Below are positions 10,429-19,883 of a DNA stretch of 64,000 nucleotides, one piece after another. A model generated the notes under the pieces. That model made no database searches and was not told the origin of the DNA. It worked only from the letters and a program-made list of their open reading frames with translations. The translations under genes and the position numbers were made by a program. Origin of the DNA: a virus; IMG/VR virus record IMGVR_UViG_3300044797_000396, positions 26,551 through 90,550 of that record; one strand, 5' to 3'. Numbering within the stretch: position 1 is the stretch's first letter; every line of letters starts with the position of its first letter.

Positions 10429-11268
10429 ATGCCGGAAGGAGTCGAGGTCAAACTAAGTGCAGAAGTAATTAAGCCATTAGTAAAAGACAAACGAGTTCTC
10501 AGTGTTTCATTAGGAGCTAATAGTAGATACAAGTCACAACCTCCTGAGGGGTTAAATAAGTTTATTGAGGCTACATGTGCTGAAATAATAAAAGTAAATG
10601 ATGTCCAAACTAAGGGTAAGTTTATGTATTGGACACTATCTCACGATTGGCATATGTTCTGCACGTTTGGTATGTCTGGTCAATGGAGCCCCAACAAAGG
10701 CAAACATCCTTGCTTGGGTATATTTTTGGGCGAAAACCATTTGACACATCCCGTAGAAAATATTTATTTTAATGATCCGCGCCATTTTGGAACTATCAAA
10801 TTTACTAATAATCCAAAAGACTTGACAGATAAAATAAAAGAATTAGGTTGGGATCCATTGCAAATGTTATTATCCAACAATTTACCTTGGATTACGGCTC
10901 GGCTTGCAAGAACCAAAAAGCCTATTGCCGAGGTGTTGATGGATCAAAAAATCTTTGCTGGCGTTGGCAACTATATAAAATGTGAAGGTCTTTACAGGGC
11001 AAAACTTTCCCCATGGAGAGCTAGTCCATCTCTGAATAACGCAGAGATACAACTTTTATGTCAGTCTATTGTGGATGTAATGAACGAGTCGTATCAGCAT
11101 CAGGGTGCCACCATACAAACTTATAAAACTGTGTACGGTGAAGAAGGAAGATATTCAACACTTTTCAGGGTGTATGGTAAAAAAGTGGATCCTAATGGAA
11201 ACAAAATAATTAGCGAAATAACGCCAGATAAGAGGAACACGCATTGGTGTCCCATTATCCAAAAATAG
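10429..11268 (+). CDS. Fpg/Nei family DNA glycosylase/AP lyase
   Basis: N-terminal MPEG, KGKFMY, FGMSG, DPRHFG, H2TH motif LMDQKIFAGVGNY. Confidence 0.9.
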   Translation: MPEGVEVKLSAEVIKPLVKDKRVLSVSLGANSRYKSQPPEGLNKFIEATCAEIIKVNDVQTKGKFMYWTLSHDWHMFCTFGMSGQWSPNKGKHPCLGIFLGENHLTHPVENIYFNDPRHFGTIKFTNNPKDLTDKIKELGWDPLQMLLSNNLPWITARLARTKKPIAEVLMDQKIFAGVGNYIKCEGLYRAKLSPWRASPSLNNAEIQLLCQSIVDVMNESYQHQGATIQTYKTVYGEEGRYSTLFRVYGKKVDPNGNKIISEITPDKRNTHWCPIIQK

Positions 11269-11372
11269 TGTGCCCATCGATATAATAGTGTGTATGAAGA
11301 AGCGCACCAGCACAAATATAATTTACAAAATTACCGCTATAACTAGAATTATAAAAAAGTTAGGAAACAAAA

Positions 11373-12359
11373 ATGACAATAGTGAATAAAATTTTGATTA
11401 TATGTTGTGTTTTACTTGGTGTTGGATTAGTATCATATATGATCTACAACCAAGAAGTGATTAAAAAACAAAATACGCAACTGCAATCTCAGATTGTTGC
11501 GCAACAACAACTAGTGGATGGCATCGTTCGTAGTCAAAGTCAGTATGCCTCCGCAGCGGATTTGGCTAAGTTTGCCGCTGACAATGATATCAATCTGAAA
11601 GCCATCCAAACTAATTTGCAAAGCCTTAACTCACAACTATCTTCTATCAATGTTATTACCGCAGATAGTTCTGGTCAAACAGTTACCAATGTTAGCAGCA
11701 CTAGCACTGGCCCAGCCAATCCCAATCCAGTAGCAGCGGGCACTTCCGATCCTTCCGGCTATATGAAAAATGAGCAACAGCTAGCTCTCAACGAAGACTT
11801 TGGCACTCTCAAAGTGCCCTTTGGCACGGTAGGCTTCTCTGCCTGGCAAGCAGCTCCTTGGAATATCAATATTCTTCCAAGGGAGTATAATGTAGATACC
11901 GTAGTGGGAGTGGATGCTAACGAGAGACAAACTTTCTACAATAAATTTACGGTAGATATCGGTGGCAAAACTTATGACATTCCAATCAAGAAAGCTACCA
12001 CCGAGCAGCGGCTACCTAAGGCAACTTTTAGCTGGTGGAACCCGAAATTGTTCTTGACCGCAGGAGGTGGGCTCAACATTACTAGCTTGCCAGTCAATGG
12101 TTCCTTCAATGTGGGCGCGACTATGGAAATAATGTCATACGGAATATATCAAACAAGTCCCACTCTCTCTATCTTGCAATTAGGAGCGGGTTATCAGTCT
12201 AACAAAAACCAATTTACTGCTATTATTAACCCCATCAACTACAATGTGGGTAAACTTGTTCCAGGTAATCTTGCGAACAATACCTACTTGGGGCCTTCCA
12301 TTCAGTTTTCACCCAACGGGAATGTATTTGCTGGATTGAATATTAGTATGGGATTTTGA
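11373..12359 (+). CDS. Membrane-anchored protein: N-terminal TM helix, coiled coil, beta-rich C-terminus ending in Phe
   Basis: ILIICCVLLGVGLVSYMIY hydrophobic stretch; Q/N-rich heptads; ends VFAGLNISMGF. Confidence 0.6.
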   Translation: MTIVNKILIICCVLLGVGLVSYMIYNQEVIKKQNTQLQSQIVAQQQLVDGIVRSQSQYASAADLAKFAADNDINLKAIQTNLQSLNSQLSSINVITADSSGQTVTNVSSTSTGPANPNPVAAGTSDPSGYMKNEQQLALNEDFGTLKVPFGTVGFSAWQAAPWNINILPREYNVDTVVGVDANERQTFYNKFTVDIGGKTYDIPIKKATTEQRLPKATFSWWNPKLFLTAGGGLNITSLPVNGSFNVGATMEIMSYGIYQTSPTLSILQLGAGYQSNKNQFTAIINPINYNVGKLVPGNLANNTYLGPSIQFSPNGNVFAGLNISMGF

Positions 12360-13195
12360 TGAGCAAAGTCCATCTATTAACTCTCACTTGGAATGGTTTA
12401 GACAAACTAACTACACTACATAATTCATTGGCACCAGCACTAGCTGATCTGGATTATCATTGGTGGATCAAAGACAATGCCTCCAAAGATGATACGGTAG
12501 CAGTGGCCTCCACTTGGGAGAAGACTACGGTTCTTCCCTACAAAGATAATACGCAAAACTTTTCACAGGGTTGCAATGTTCTTTTTCGAGAAGCTTCTCC
12601 GAAAGATCAAGACTATGTGATGTTGCTCAACAACGACATTATCTTTAATGATACTGTTTCTATTAAGAATATGCTCTCTATTATAGAAAAAGATATTACG
12701 GTGGGAATGGTGGGAGCTCGATTACTTTACACTAATACTGATAAGATACAGCACGCTGGTGTAGTTTTCGTTCCTAAGTATAATACTCCGATGCATTTTC
12801 GTGCGGGGCAACAAACAGACCACGATGCCCAACGCAATCGTCTTTTTCAGGCCATTACGGGAGCGGTCGCTATTACCAAGGCAGAATATTATCGTAATAT
12901 TTGCACCACCAACAAATCAGGGATTAATGGGGCGGATGAACAATTCAGATGGGCCTTTGATGATACTGATATGTGCCTTTCTATCAAATATAATATGGGC
13001 AAGAAAATCGTTTATTGTGGCAACACCAATATTTTCCATGAAGAAAGTGCTTCTCTCAAAAAGAACCCCACCAACAAATTGTTTCTAAATCATAACCTTA
13101 CATATTTGTTCAAGAAATGGAAAGGTCGCTACCAGATAGATATAGAGACTTATACCAAGGATCCTAAACATAACTTGTATATGGCGGGTAAATGA
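12356..13195 (+). CDS. Glycosyltransferase, GT2 family
   Basis: IKDNASKD, NFSQGCN, LLNND, VGARLLY, IQHAG, DDTDMC. Confidence 0.88.
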   Translation: MMSKVHLLTLTWNGLDKLTTLHNSLAPALADLDYHWWIKDNASKDDTVAVASTWEKTTVLPYKDNTQNFSQGCNVLFREASPKDQDYVMLLNNDIIFNDTVSIKNMLSIIEKDITVGMVGARLLYTNTDKIQHAGVVFVPKYNTPMHFRAGQQTDHDAQRNRLFQAITGAVAITKAEYYRNICTTNKSGINGADEQFRWAFDDTDMCLSIKYNMGKKIVYCGNTNIFHEESASLKKNPTNKLFLNHNLTYLFKKWKGRYQIDIETYTKDPKHNLYMAGK

Positions 13196-14160
13196 AGAAA
13201 ATACTTATTACTGGAAGCAATGGATTTTTAGTTTCTAATTTTCTTCGTAAAGTGATTTACGAGCAAAATCAAAAGAAACCACAAGATCGTCTTTACAAAT
13301 TTGCCAGCATAGATAGGATGACGACTAATAATAACAATATGTATTGGAATACAAGTCATAGTTTTTATTTAGCAGATATTTGTGATGCTCACATTGTGGA
13401 TCGCATTTTTCAGTTTGAGAAGCCAGATATCGTTATTCATAGTGCAGCAGAAAGTCATGTCGATACCTCTCTAAAAGATCCAAATGTTTTTATTAATTCT
13501 AATGTTTTAGGCACTCAGGTAATCATTAATAACTGCTTAAAATATAAAACGGAAAAACTGATTTATACTAGTTCGGATGAAATTTATGGACAACTAACCA
13601 ACGAAAATGATCCGTCCTGGACGGAAGATGCTCCGTTGGCTCCTCGTTCTCCCTATTCGGCGAGTAAAGCGGCTGGGGAGCTCTTGGTTAAAGCGGCTCA
13701 TGCGAGCTACGGGTTAATTTATAATATTACCCGAAGCTCTAATTGCTATGGACCATACCAACTCTCCGAAAAATTGATACCGAAAGCTATAAAATGCATT
13801 ATCGAGGGACAGAAAATTCCCATTTACGGGAAAGGTTTGCAAATTCGAGACTGGACTTATGTAACAGATAATTGTTCTGCTGTCATGACCATCTTGGAAA
13901 AAGGTGGTCCTAATGAAACTTACAATATTTCTGCTCACCAAGAATTTACTAACATTGAAACCATTCAAGAAGTGTGTAATGCTATGGGCAAAGGCCATGA
14001 GTTAGTCTCGTTCGTTAATGAAAGGCCCGGACACGATTTTCGATATTCCGTCAATACCGATAAATTGCAAGCTTTGGGCTGGAAACCTTCCATCAAATTC
14101 AGAGAGGGTATTGTTAAAACATGCGAATGGTATAATATGAATCAATGGATCCTTCGATAA
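13192..14160 (+). CDS. rmlB: dTDP-glucose 4,6-dehydratase-like NDP-sugar dehydratase
   Basis: ITGSNGFL, AAESHVD, SSDEIYG, SPYSASK, YGPYQ..EKLIP, RDW, RPGHDFRY. Confidence 0.88.
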   Translation: MKKILITGSNGFLVSNFLRKVIYEQNQKKPQDRLYKFASIDRMTTNNNNMYWNTSHSFYLADICDAHIVDRIFQFEKPDIVIHSAAESHVDTSLKDPNVFINSNVLGTQVIINNCLKYKTEKLIYTSSDEIYGQLTNENDPSWTEDAPLAPRSPYSASKAAGELLVKAAHASYGLIYNITRSSNCYGPYQLSEKLIPKAIKCIIEGQKIPIYGKGLQIRDWTYVTDNCSAVMTILEKGGPNETYNISAHQEFTNIETIQEVCNAMGKGHELVSFVNERPGHDFRYSVNTDKLQALGWKPSIKFREGIVKTCEWYNMNQWILR

Positions 14161-14244
14161 ATCTATACCTCAGAAATAAAAATAATAATTCGACCATCTC
14201 AAAATTAGACAAGCGATATAAATACGAACACAAGGAGCATAATA

Positions 14245-15606
14245 ATGCCAGCTACGAGCACAACCGAACAAGGAACAAAAGAAATAATTACGGACAATGT
14301 ATCTAATACGGAAATCCGTCATCCAGAAGTAGTAGATCTCGGCAAATTGGCCGCCCTCAAAGCACAAAGCCAAGCCAAGCAAAATCAGGAGAATAAAATG
14401 GCAGCTAAGATAGTGTCAAAGAAAGAACGAAGTATCGTATTAGGGGTACTAGGATCAGGTCAGGCCGGTTCTAGAATTGCCGAGGCTTTTTACAAACTGG
14501 GATACGATGCGGTGGTATGCAACACTTGTATGGCCGATCTAAAATTTTTAGATATTCCAGATAGTAATAAACTTTTATTGGAGTATGGGGTTGGTGGCGC
14601 CAGCAAAGAGTTAGAAATCGGTCGTCAAGCAGCCGAAACTCATAGAGGAGAAATTTTACAATTAGTGAATGGAAAACTATCGGGATCTCAGGTTAATATT
14701 TTGTGTTTTTCTTTGGGCGGTGGATCGGGTGCAGGTTCATGTGAAACATTAGTAGAAATTATGTCCAACTTAGGTAAGCCGTTGGTGGTCATTACTGTTC
14801 TTCCGATGGATACCGATGATGCACAGACGAAATCAAATTCATTAGAAACTTTATCTAAATTGGCCGCTTTCGCTAGAACGAAAAAAATAAATAATCTTAT
14901 TGTGATTGATAACGCAAAAATCGAAAGTATTTATCACAATGCCAATCAATTTGATTTCTTCAATTTGGCTAATAAATCAATAGTAGAAACTTTCGATTCA
15001 TTCAACACTATGTCGTCGTTGCCTTCGGCAATCAAAGCTCTTGACCCAATGGAATGGTCAAAAATCTTGATGGATGGTGAAGGATTAAGTGTGTATGGTG
15101 AATTTATAGTAAATAATTATGTTGAAGATGTGGCTATTGCTCAGGCGGTAGTGGAAAATCTCAGCAATAATTTGTTGGCAAGTGGTTTTGATCTAAAAGG
15201 CGCTAAATATGTTGGATTTATTGTATCCGCCAATAAAGATGTTTGGGCAAAAATACCTGCGTCTAGCATTAATTATGCAACATCAATGGTTAATGATCTA
15301 ACGCCAGGAGCTAAAGGCGTATTCAAGGGCATCTATACAGTAGAAAATCAAGATGATTTCGTTAAAGTGTATTCTTTTTTCTCGGGTCTCTCGTTGCCAA
15401 CTGCGAGAATTGAGCAACTTAAAAATGACACGCTAGAATTGCAATCCAAAATAAAAATTAAGGATGAAGAGCGTAATCTTTCGCTACAGTTAAATGTTGG
15501 CTCCAATGAAACAATTAGTGACGCGCAAAAGATTAAAAATAAAATTGCAGCAAAAAGCTCTACCTTTGGAAAATTTGTAAGTGGAACAGTCGATCGTAGG
15601 AAATAA
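14245..15606 (+). CDS. Tubulin/FtsZ-family GTPase (PhuZ/TubZ-like)
   Basis: GSGQAGSRIA, tubulin signature LGGGSGAG, VIDN, LDPME; SD AAGGAG. Confidence 0.85.
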   Translation: MPATSTTEQGTKEIITDNVSNTEIRHPEVVDLGKLAALKAQSQAKQNQENKMAAKIVSKKERSIVLGVLGSGQAGSRIAEAFYKLGYDAVVCNTCMADLKFLDIPDSNKLLLEYGVGGASKELEIGRQAAETHRGEILQLVNGKLSGSQVNILCFSLGGGSGAGSCETLVEIMSNLGKPLVVITVLPMDTDDAQTKSNSLETLSKLAAFARTKKINNLIVIDNAKIESIYHNANQFDFFNLANKSIVETFDSFNTMSSLPSAIKALDPMEWSKILMDGEGLSVYGEFIVNNYVEDVAIAQAVVENLSNNLLASGFDLKGAKYVGFIVSANKDVWAKIPASSINYATSMVNDLTPGAKGVFKGIYTVENQDDFVKVYSFFSGLSLPTARIEQLKNDTLELQSKIKIKDEERNLSLQLNVGSNETISDAQKIKNKIAAKSSTFGKFVSGTVDRRK

Positions 15607-15968
15607 TGGTTAAGATACGCGATATTAATTTGTCGTCTTTCACGTATTCACAAATCAATAAAAGAGATGATGGCACCATTATTTCCCATTGTGAATTTGT
15701 AAAATCTAATATGGTAGCTAATATAGAGGCTTTCCATAACAAAAATTATGATCAGTCAGACGCCATCTTTCTGTGTTGTCGAGAGAAGATTGAAAACTCC
15801 GATGATTATAGATATACGATGTGCACCATTCCTACAACTGGATATGATGCCGAAGTAACGAACGTTCGATTAGACAGTTTTAGTAGGCTGCCCACAATTA
15901 TATTATATAGTAGATCAAACATAGCCGATGTTATAAAAAGAGTATTGAACAATCTAATTTTTTCCTAA
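15606..15968 (+). CDS. Hypothetical protein, paralog of next gene, C-terminal tag variant (RVLNNLIFS)
   Basis: Shares CREK...YRY...TIPT..Y...LPTIIL with 15998..16351. Confidence 0.7.
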   Translation: MVKIRDINLSSFTYSQINKRDDGTIISHCEFVKSNMVANIEAFHNKNYDQSDAIFLCCREKIENSDDYRYTMCTIPTTGYDAEVTNVRLDSFSRLPTIILYSRSNIADVIKRVLNNLIFS

Positions 15969-15997
15969 TTAACCTATTTCCCCATTCGAGAATAACA

Positions 15998-16351
15998 ATG
16001 AGAACCGCAACAATAGTTTCTAATCCTTTTCGCCAACATCCCAAAGAGGGCGAAACCCCTAAAACACCAACCGAGATGATGAAGGCTAGCGTATCTGAAA
16101 GTTTGGATGTGTTTGATGGTAACAATCTTGAAACCGCAGACAGGGATTGTATTTGTATCTGTGCCCGAGAAAAAACTGAGTTAGGCGAATATCGATACAG
16201 CACCATAACCATTCCTACCAAAGAATATTCTACTAACCTAGTCAATGTGGTGTTAGCTAATTTCAAGAAGATGCCTACTATCATTTTGGATGATAAAGCG
16301 GACACCGTAGAAACAGTGCGCAGGGTGCTAACTAATCTTAATTTTTCGTGA
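15998..16351 (+). CDS. Hypothetical protein, C-terminal tag variant (RVLTNLNFS)
   Basis: Paralog of 15606..15968. Confidence 0.7.
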   Translation: MRTATIVSNPFRQHPKEGETPKTPTEMMKASVSESLDVFDGNNLETADRDCICICAREKTELGEYRYSTITIPTKEYSTNLVNVVLANFKKMPTIILDDKADTVETVRRVLTNLNFS

Positions 16352-16357
16352 GGAATA

Positions 16358-16657
16358 ATGGAGCTGGATATCCTCAAACATTTTATTGGAATGAATGTAG
16401 AAGTGCTGGTGGCGGGTGTCTGGATGGAGGGAAACCTCAAACCCATTGTCAAGGGCGTGGTAGTTTTACAGCCCATTGGCGAGATGATGCAATTCTATGG
16501 ACCCTCCTCTATGAAAGCGGATGTTATCCAAGCTATTAGGCAAGTCAAGAAATTGTCAACTACCCCACAGCCACCTCTACCCTCCCCAGACAGCACTAAA
16601 GTTGTGTCTAGTTTCGAGCAGTCCTCTCCCACCAAACGTTTTGTTGTAGTTAAGTGA
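16358..16657 (+). CDS. Hypothetical protein, possible Sm/LSm-like fold
   Basis: LKHFIGMNVEVLV...MEGNL pattern; GAGG SD. Confidence 0.5.
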   Translation: MELDILKHFIGMNVEVLVAGVWMEGNLKPIVKGVVVLQPIGEMMQFYGPSSMKADVIQAIRQVKKLSTTPQPPLPSPDSTKVVSSFEQSSPTKRFVVVK

Positions 16658-16664
16658 GATAAAA

Positions 16665-16886
16665 ATGAAAAAACATAAAATAACCAAGAAGCAGAAAAAA
16701 GCAGCTAAGAAAATTGCCGACCAACAAAGGGCAGAGCGAAATAAATTAGAGCGCAAGCCTGTCACAAGCACCTCAATACTAACCTTGACGCAATATTTGC
16801 AAAAGCAGGCGGAAAAGAAATATCTCAAAGAATTACATCGTGAGGAGAAGAGGCACGTTAAATTAGGAAAAGATCATGTTCATTGA
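16665..16886 (+). CDS. Small basic hypothetical protein
   Basis: 73 aa, Lys-rich, in operon. Confidence 0.55.
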   Translation: MKKHKITKKQKKAAKKIADQQRAERNKLERKPVTSTSILTLTQYLQKQAEKKYLKELHREEKRHVKLGKDHVH

Positions 16887-17127
16887 TATTTTAGATGATT
16901 TTTCAGATCTAAGTGTAGAGATAACGACTGCCAATGGCAAGTCTTTTACTGGAACACTCAAACATCAAACGAGCAAAGGTTTAGTTATTATCACTCCCAC
17001 TGATAAATATCATCGTTTCGGCCCCGCTTACATTGCAGATAGTGAAGTTATAACTATTCGTGAGGTCTTACCACGTATTCATGAAGAAAAATATGAAGTG
17101 GAAGACGGTGGTGATGAAAAAACCTAA
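16876..17127 (+). CDS. Hypothetical protein, possible Sm/LSm-like fold
   Basis: VEITTANGKSFTGTL pattern; resembles 16358 gene (FGP/YGP..I..IR). Confidence 0.5.
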   Translation: MFIDILDDFSDLSVEITTANGKSFTGTLKHQTSKGLVIITPTDKYHRFGPAYIADSEVITIREVLPRIHEEKYEVEDGGDEKT

Positions 17128-17192
17128 ATAAAATATCACGGCACTTTGACACATATGAATGAGGCTTTTAAGAAACAGAAATAAGGTAGTAT

Positions 17193-18089
17193 ATGGCAGA
17201 TTTGATCAAGGGAATAGATATTTCTTCTTTACAAGGGACAATAGATTTTGCAGCGGTAGCTGCTACTGGTGTGCAATTTGTGATCTGCCGATGTGGCGTA
17301 GGTAATAACGGTAAAGATAGTATGTATGGTCAAAATATGGCTAATGCTCAGGCCGCTGGTCTCCAAGTGGCTGCTTATAATTTTATCTTCCCACTTCCAA
17401 CTATTCCATCAGAACCATTGAGAGATCCTGTCAAGCAGGCTAAATTGCATGCAGGATGGACTGGCAATGTTTCTGTGGTGTGCTGCGATTTAGAGTGGCC
17501 CGCTACCCAAGACTGGACTAAGTGGGGTTGTAGTGCTGCCCAAATTGTAGAATGGACACTTACTTATTTGCAAGCTTATGAGGCCGCTACTGGTGTTAGA
17601 CCTATTGTCTATACTTACCCATATTTTGCTCAGTCCATCAATCTGCCAGCTAGTTTTGCGCAAACTTATAAGTTATGGATTGCTAGTTATGAGGTCTCTC
17701 CTGCTATCCCTGCTCCTTGGACTGATTGGGTGATTTGGCAAAATTCAGGCGGAACCACTACCAAACTTCCCAATGGCAGCCCGGTAGATACAGATTTCGT
17801 CAAAGATTTATCTTTGTGGGGCGCCTCACCAGCAGTTCCGGCCCCGCCTGCCTTTCCGGTAATTTATAATCAAGTCCCAGCGGTGGTAACGCCCGCTCCT
17901 GTGGTTACCCCTGCCCCTGTTGTAGTAACCCCAGATCCGGCCCCAGCCCCGGTAGAAGTCTCGCCAGTTGTTTCGGCTCCCGCTGATCCTGTTTCCGCAC
18001 CTATTGAGGATATAGAAACTGGTGCAAGTTCTATCGTCTTGACTATTCTAAAGTTTATTATGGATCTCTTCAAGAAGCCGCAACTCTAA
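17193..18089 (+). CDS. GH25 lysozyme (endolysin candidate)
   Basis: GIDISSLQG, DLE, PIVYT, LWIASY, WVIWQ, VDTD; Pro/Val linker. Confidence 0.88.
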   Translation: MADLIKGIDISSLQGTIDFAAVAATGVQFVICRCGVGNNGKDSMYGQNMANAQAAGLQVAAYNFIFPLPTIPSEPLRDPVKQAKLHAGWTGNVSVVCCDLEWPATQDWTKWGCSAAQIVEWTLTYLQAYEAATGVRPIVYTYPYFAQSINLPASFAQTYKLWIASYEVSPAIPAPWTDWVIWQNSGGTTTKLPNGSPVDTDFVKDLSLWGASPAVPAPPAFPVIYNQVPAVVTPAPVVTPAPVVVTPDPAPAPVEVSPVVSAPADPVSAPIEDIETGASSIVLTILKFIMDLFKKPQL

Positions 18090-18151
18090 TTCTTGTAGAA
18101 TAAGTTTTGTCGAGAAAAAAGTGCCAGCCATGTATGGTGCTATGAGGCTCT

Positions 18152-19615
18152 ATGAGCAAGATAATTATATTGGACAATAAAAAATGCCGGATTATATCCG
18201 ATGATGCCGATATGCTCAAAGAGCTGCATCAATATTTGTCCTTCAAGCTAACCGGTATTGAATACACTCCCGCTTACCAAAATGGTTGGAGTGGTATTAC
18301 CTATTTACTCAGCAAAACCAATAAGTTTAATTACGGATTGCTACACAAGGTAGAGTGTTTTCTACAAGATAGGGAAGTTATCTATACAGTAGAGGATAAG
18401 CGCGCCCCCAAAGTTATGGTCCCTGAATTAAGCATACAAGATAGTCTCCAAAAACATCACCTCATTCCCAGAGACCATCAAGAAAGAATTTGTCAGGCCG
18501 CCCTAGCTACCGACAGGGGAATTATCAGGGCCGTGACTGGTTCAGGCAAAACATTATGCACCGCCCTGATTACTGCTAAGCTAAACAAACCGACTATTAT
18601 TTATGTGATTGGTTTAGATTTATTAGATCAGTTTTACAAACTGTATTCTAAGTTGTTTGACGAGCCTATCGGATACATTGGCAATGGTGTGTGTCGTATC
18701 GAGAGGATCAATATCGCTTCTATTTGGACGATTGGGCGTTCTCTAAAACTTGATATCAAAGATATTATCAATGACGATAGTGATGGTGGCGAGCAGGAAT
18801 TGGATGAAAGCAATCAAACCAAGATCATTAATTTATTAGCGAAAACTAAGTTGCATATTTTTGATGAAAGCCACGTAGTAACAACCACCACCATCACTGA
18901 AATTTATAAAAATATAGACCCCGAATATTTGTATGGTTTTAGCGGCACCCCCTTCCGAGATGATAATTCCGATTTGCAAATCAATGGTATTCTGGGAGAA
19001 CAAATTATCTATGTTTCTGCTTCCGAATTGATCGATAAAGGTTTGTTGGCAGCCCCCTTGATCAAGTTTTACACCGTGCCTAAGATGTCGGTTTCGAGCA
19101 ACACCTATCCCACTGTTTATAAAGAATATATTGTTGAAAATGAAATTAGAAATAATTTAATCGTCAAATTATCCAAAGAATTAATTGACAAGAAATATAC
19201 GCCACTTCTGCTATTCAAGCAAATCAAGCACGGTGACATTCTCTTAGAAAAATTAGAAGACGCCAATATCAAGTGCGCTATGTTGTATGGCAATGATACT
19301 TTGGATAAAAGAAATGAAGTCAAAGAGCAACTTGTCAATAAGAAAATACACCTAATTTTAGCCAGCACTATTTTCGACTTAGGTTTAGATTTGCCCGAAC
19401 TCAACGCCCTAGTCTTGTGTGGCGGAGGTAAAAGTAGTATTCGAGCTTTACAGCGAATAGGTCGCGTAATTAGAATGCACGGAAATAAGAAATTTGCTGC
19501 CGTGGTAGATTTTTATGACCAGGTCAGATTTCTCAAAAAACATTCTATGACCAGGTATAGTATTTATTCTTTGGAAAAAGGTTTCAAGGTAATCAAGTCA
19601 AAGGAAATGAAATAA
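18152..19615 (+). CDS. Superfamily 2 helicase (UvsW-like)
   Basis: TGSGKT, DESH, SGTP, GLDLP, QRIGR motifs. Confidence 0.9.
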   Translation: MSKIIILDNKKCRIISDDADMLKELHQYLSFKLTGIEYTPAYQNGWSGITYLLSKTNKFNYGLLHKVECFLQDREVIYTVEDKRAPKVMVPELSIQDSLQKHHLIPRDHQERICQAALATDRGIIRAVTGSGKTLCTALITAKLNKPTIIYVIGLDLLDQFYKLYSKLFDEPIGYIGNGVCRIERINIASIWTIGRSLKLDIKDIINDDSDGGEQELDESNQTKIINLLAKTKLHIFDESHVVTTTTITEIYKNIDPEYLYGFSGTPFRDDNSDLQINGILGEQIIYVSASELIDKGLLAAPLIKFYTVPKMSVSSNTYPTVYKEYIVENEIRNNLIVKLSKELIDKKYTPLLLFKQIKHGDILLEKLEDANIKCAMLYGNDTLDKRNEVKEQLVNKKIHLILASTIFDLGLDLPELNALVLCGGGKSSIRALQRIGRVIRMHGNKKFAAVVDFYDQVRFLKKHSMTRYSIYSLEKGFKVIKSKEMK

Positions 19616-19616
19616 G

Positions 19617-19883
19617 ATGCGTCGATTTTGGAAATTTTTTATCAATGAGATAAGTTTTGTTTATCAGAACAAAAAATATGTATTGGAAGTTGGGTATGTC
19701 AATACCCATCCAGGATTATATATGAGATTGTATGATCAGGATGGTCAGCGGCTGGCGGGCAGCTGGGTTTCCAAGGTCGAAGAAAAAGTTAGAGATAGTA
19801 GTTTTGATTTTGTGGATAAAAAAATAGTGGATATTTGCGTAGCACAAGCTCGTCGCATAGAAAAATTGAAAGCATTCGTATGA
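19617..19883 (+). CDS. Hypothetical protein with C-terminal tag (RIEKLKAFV)
   Basis: 88 aa, shared motif. Confidence 0.7.
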   Translation: MRRFWKFFINEISFVYQNKKYVLEVGYVNTHPGLYMRLYDQDGQRLAGSWVSKVEEKVRDSSFDFVDKKIVDICVAQARRIEKLKAFV

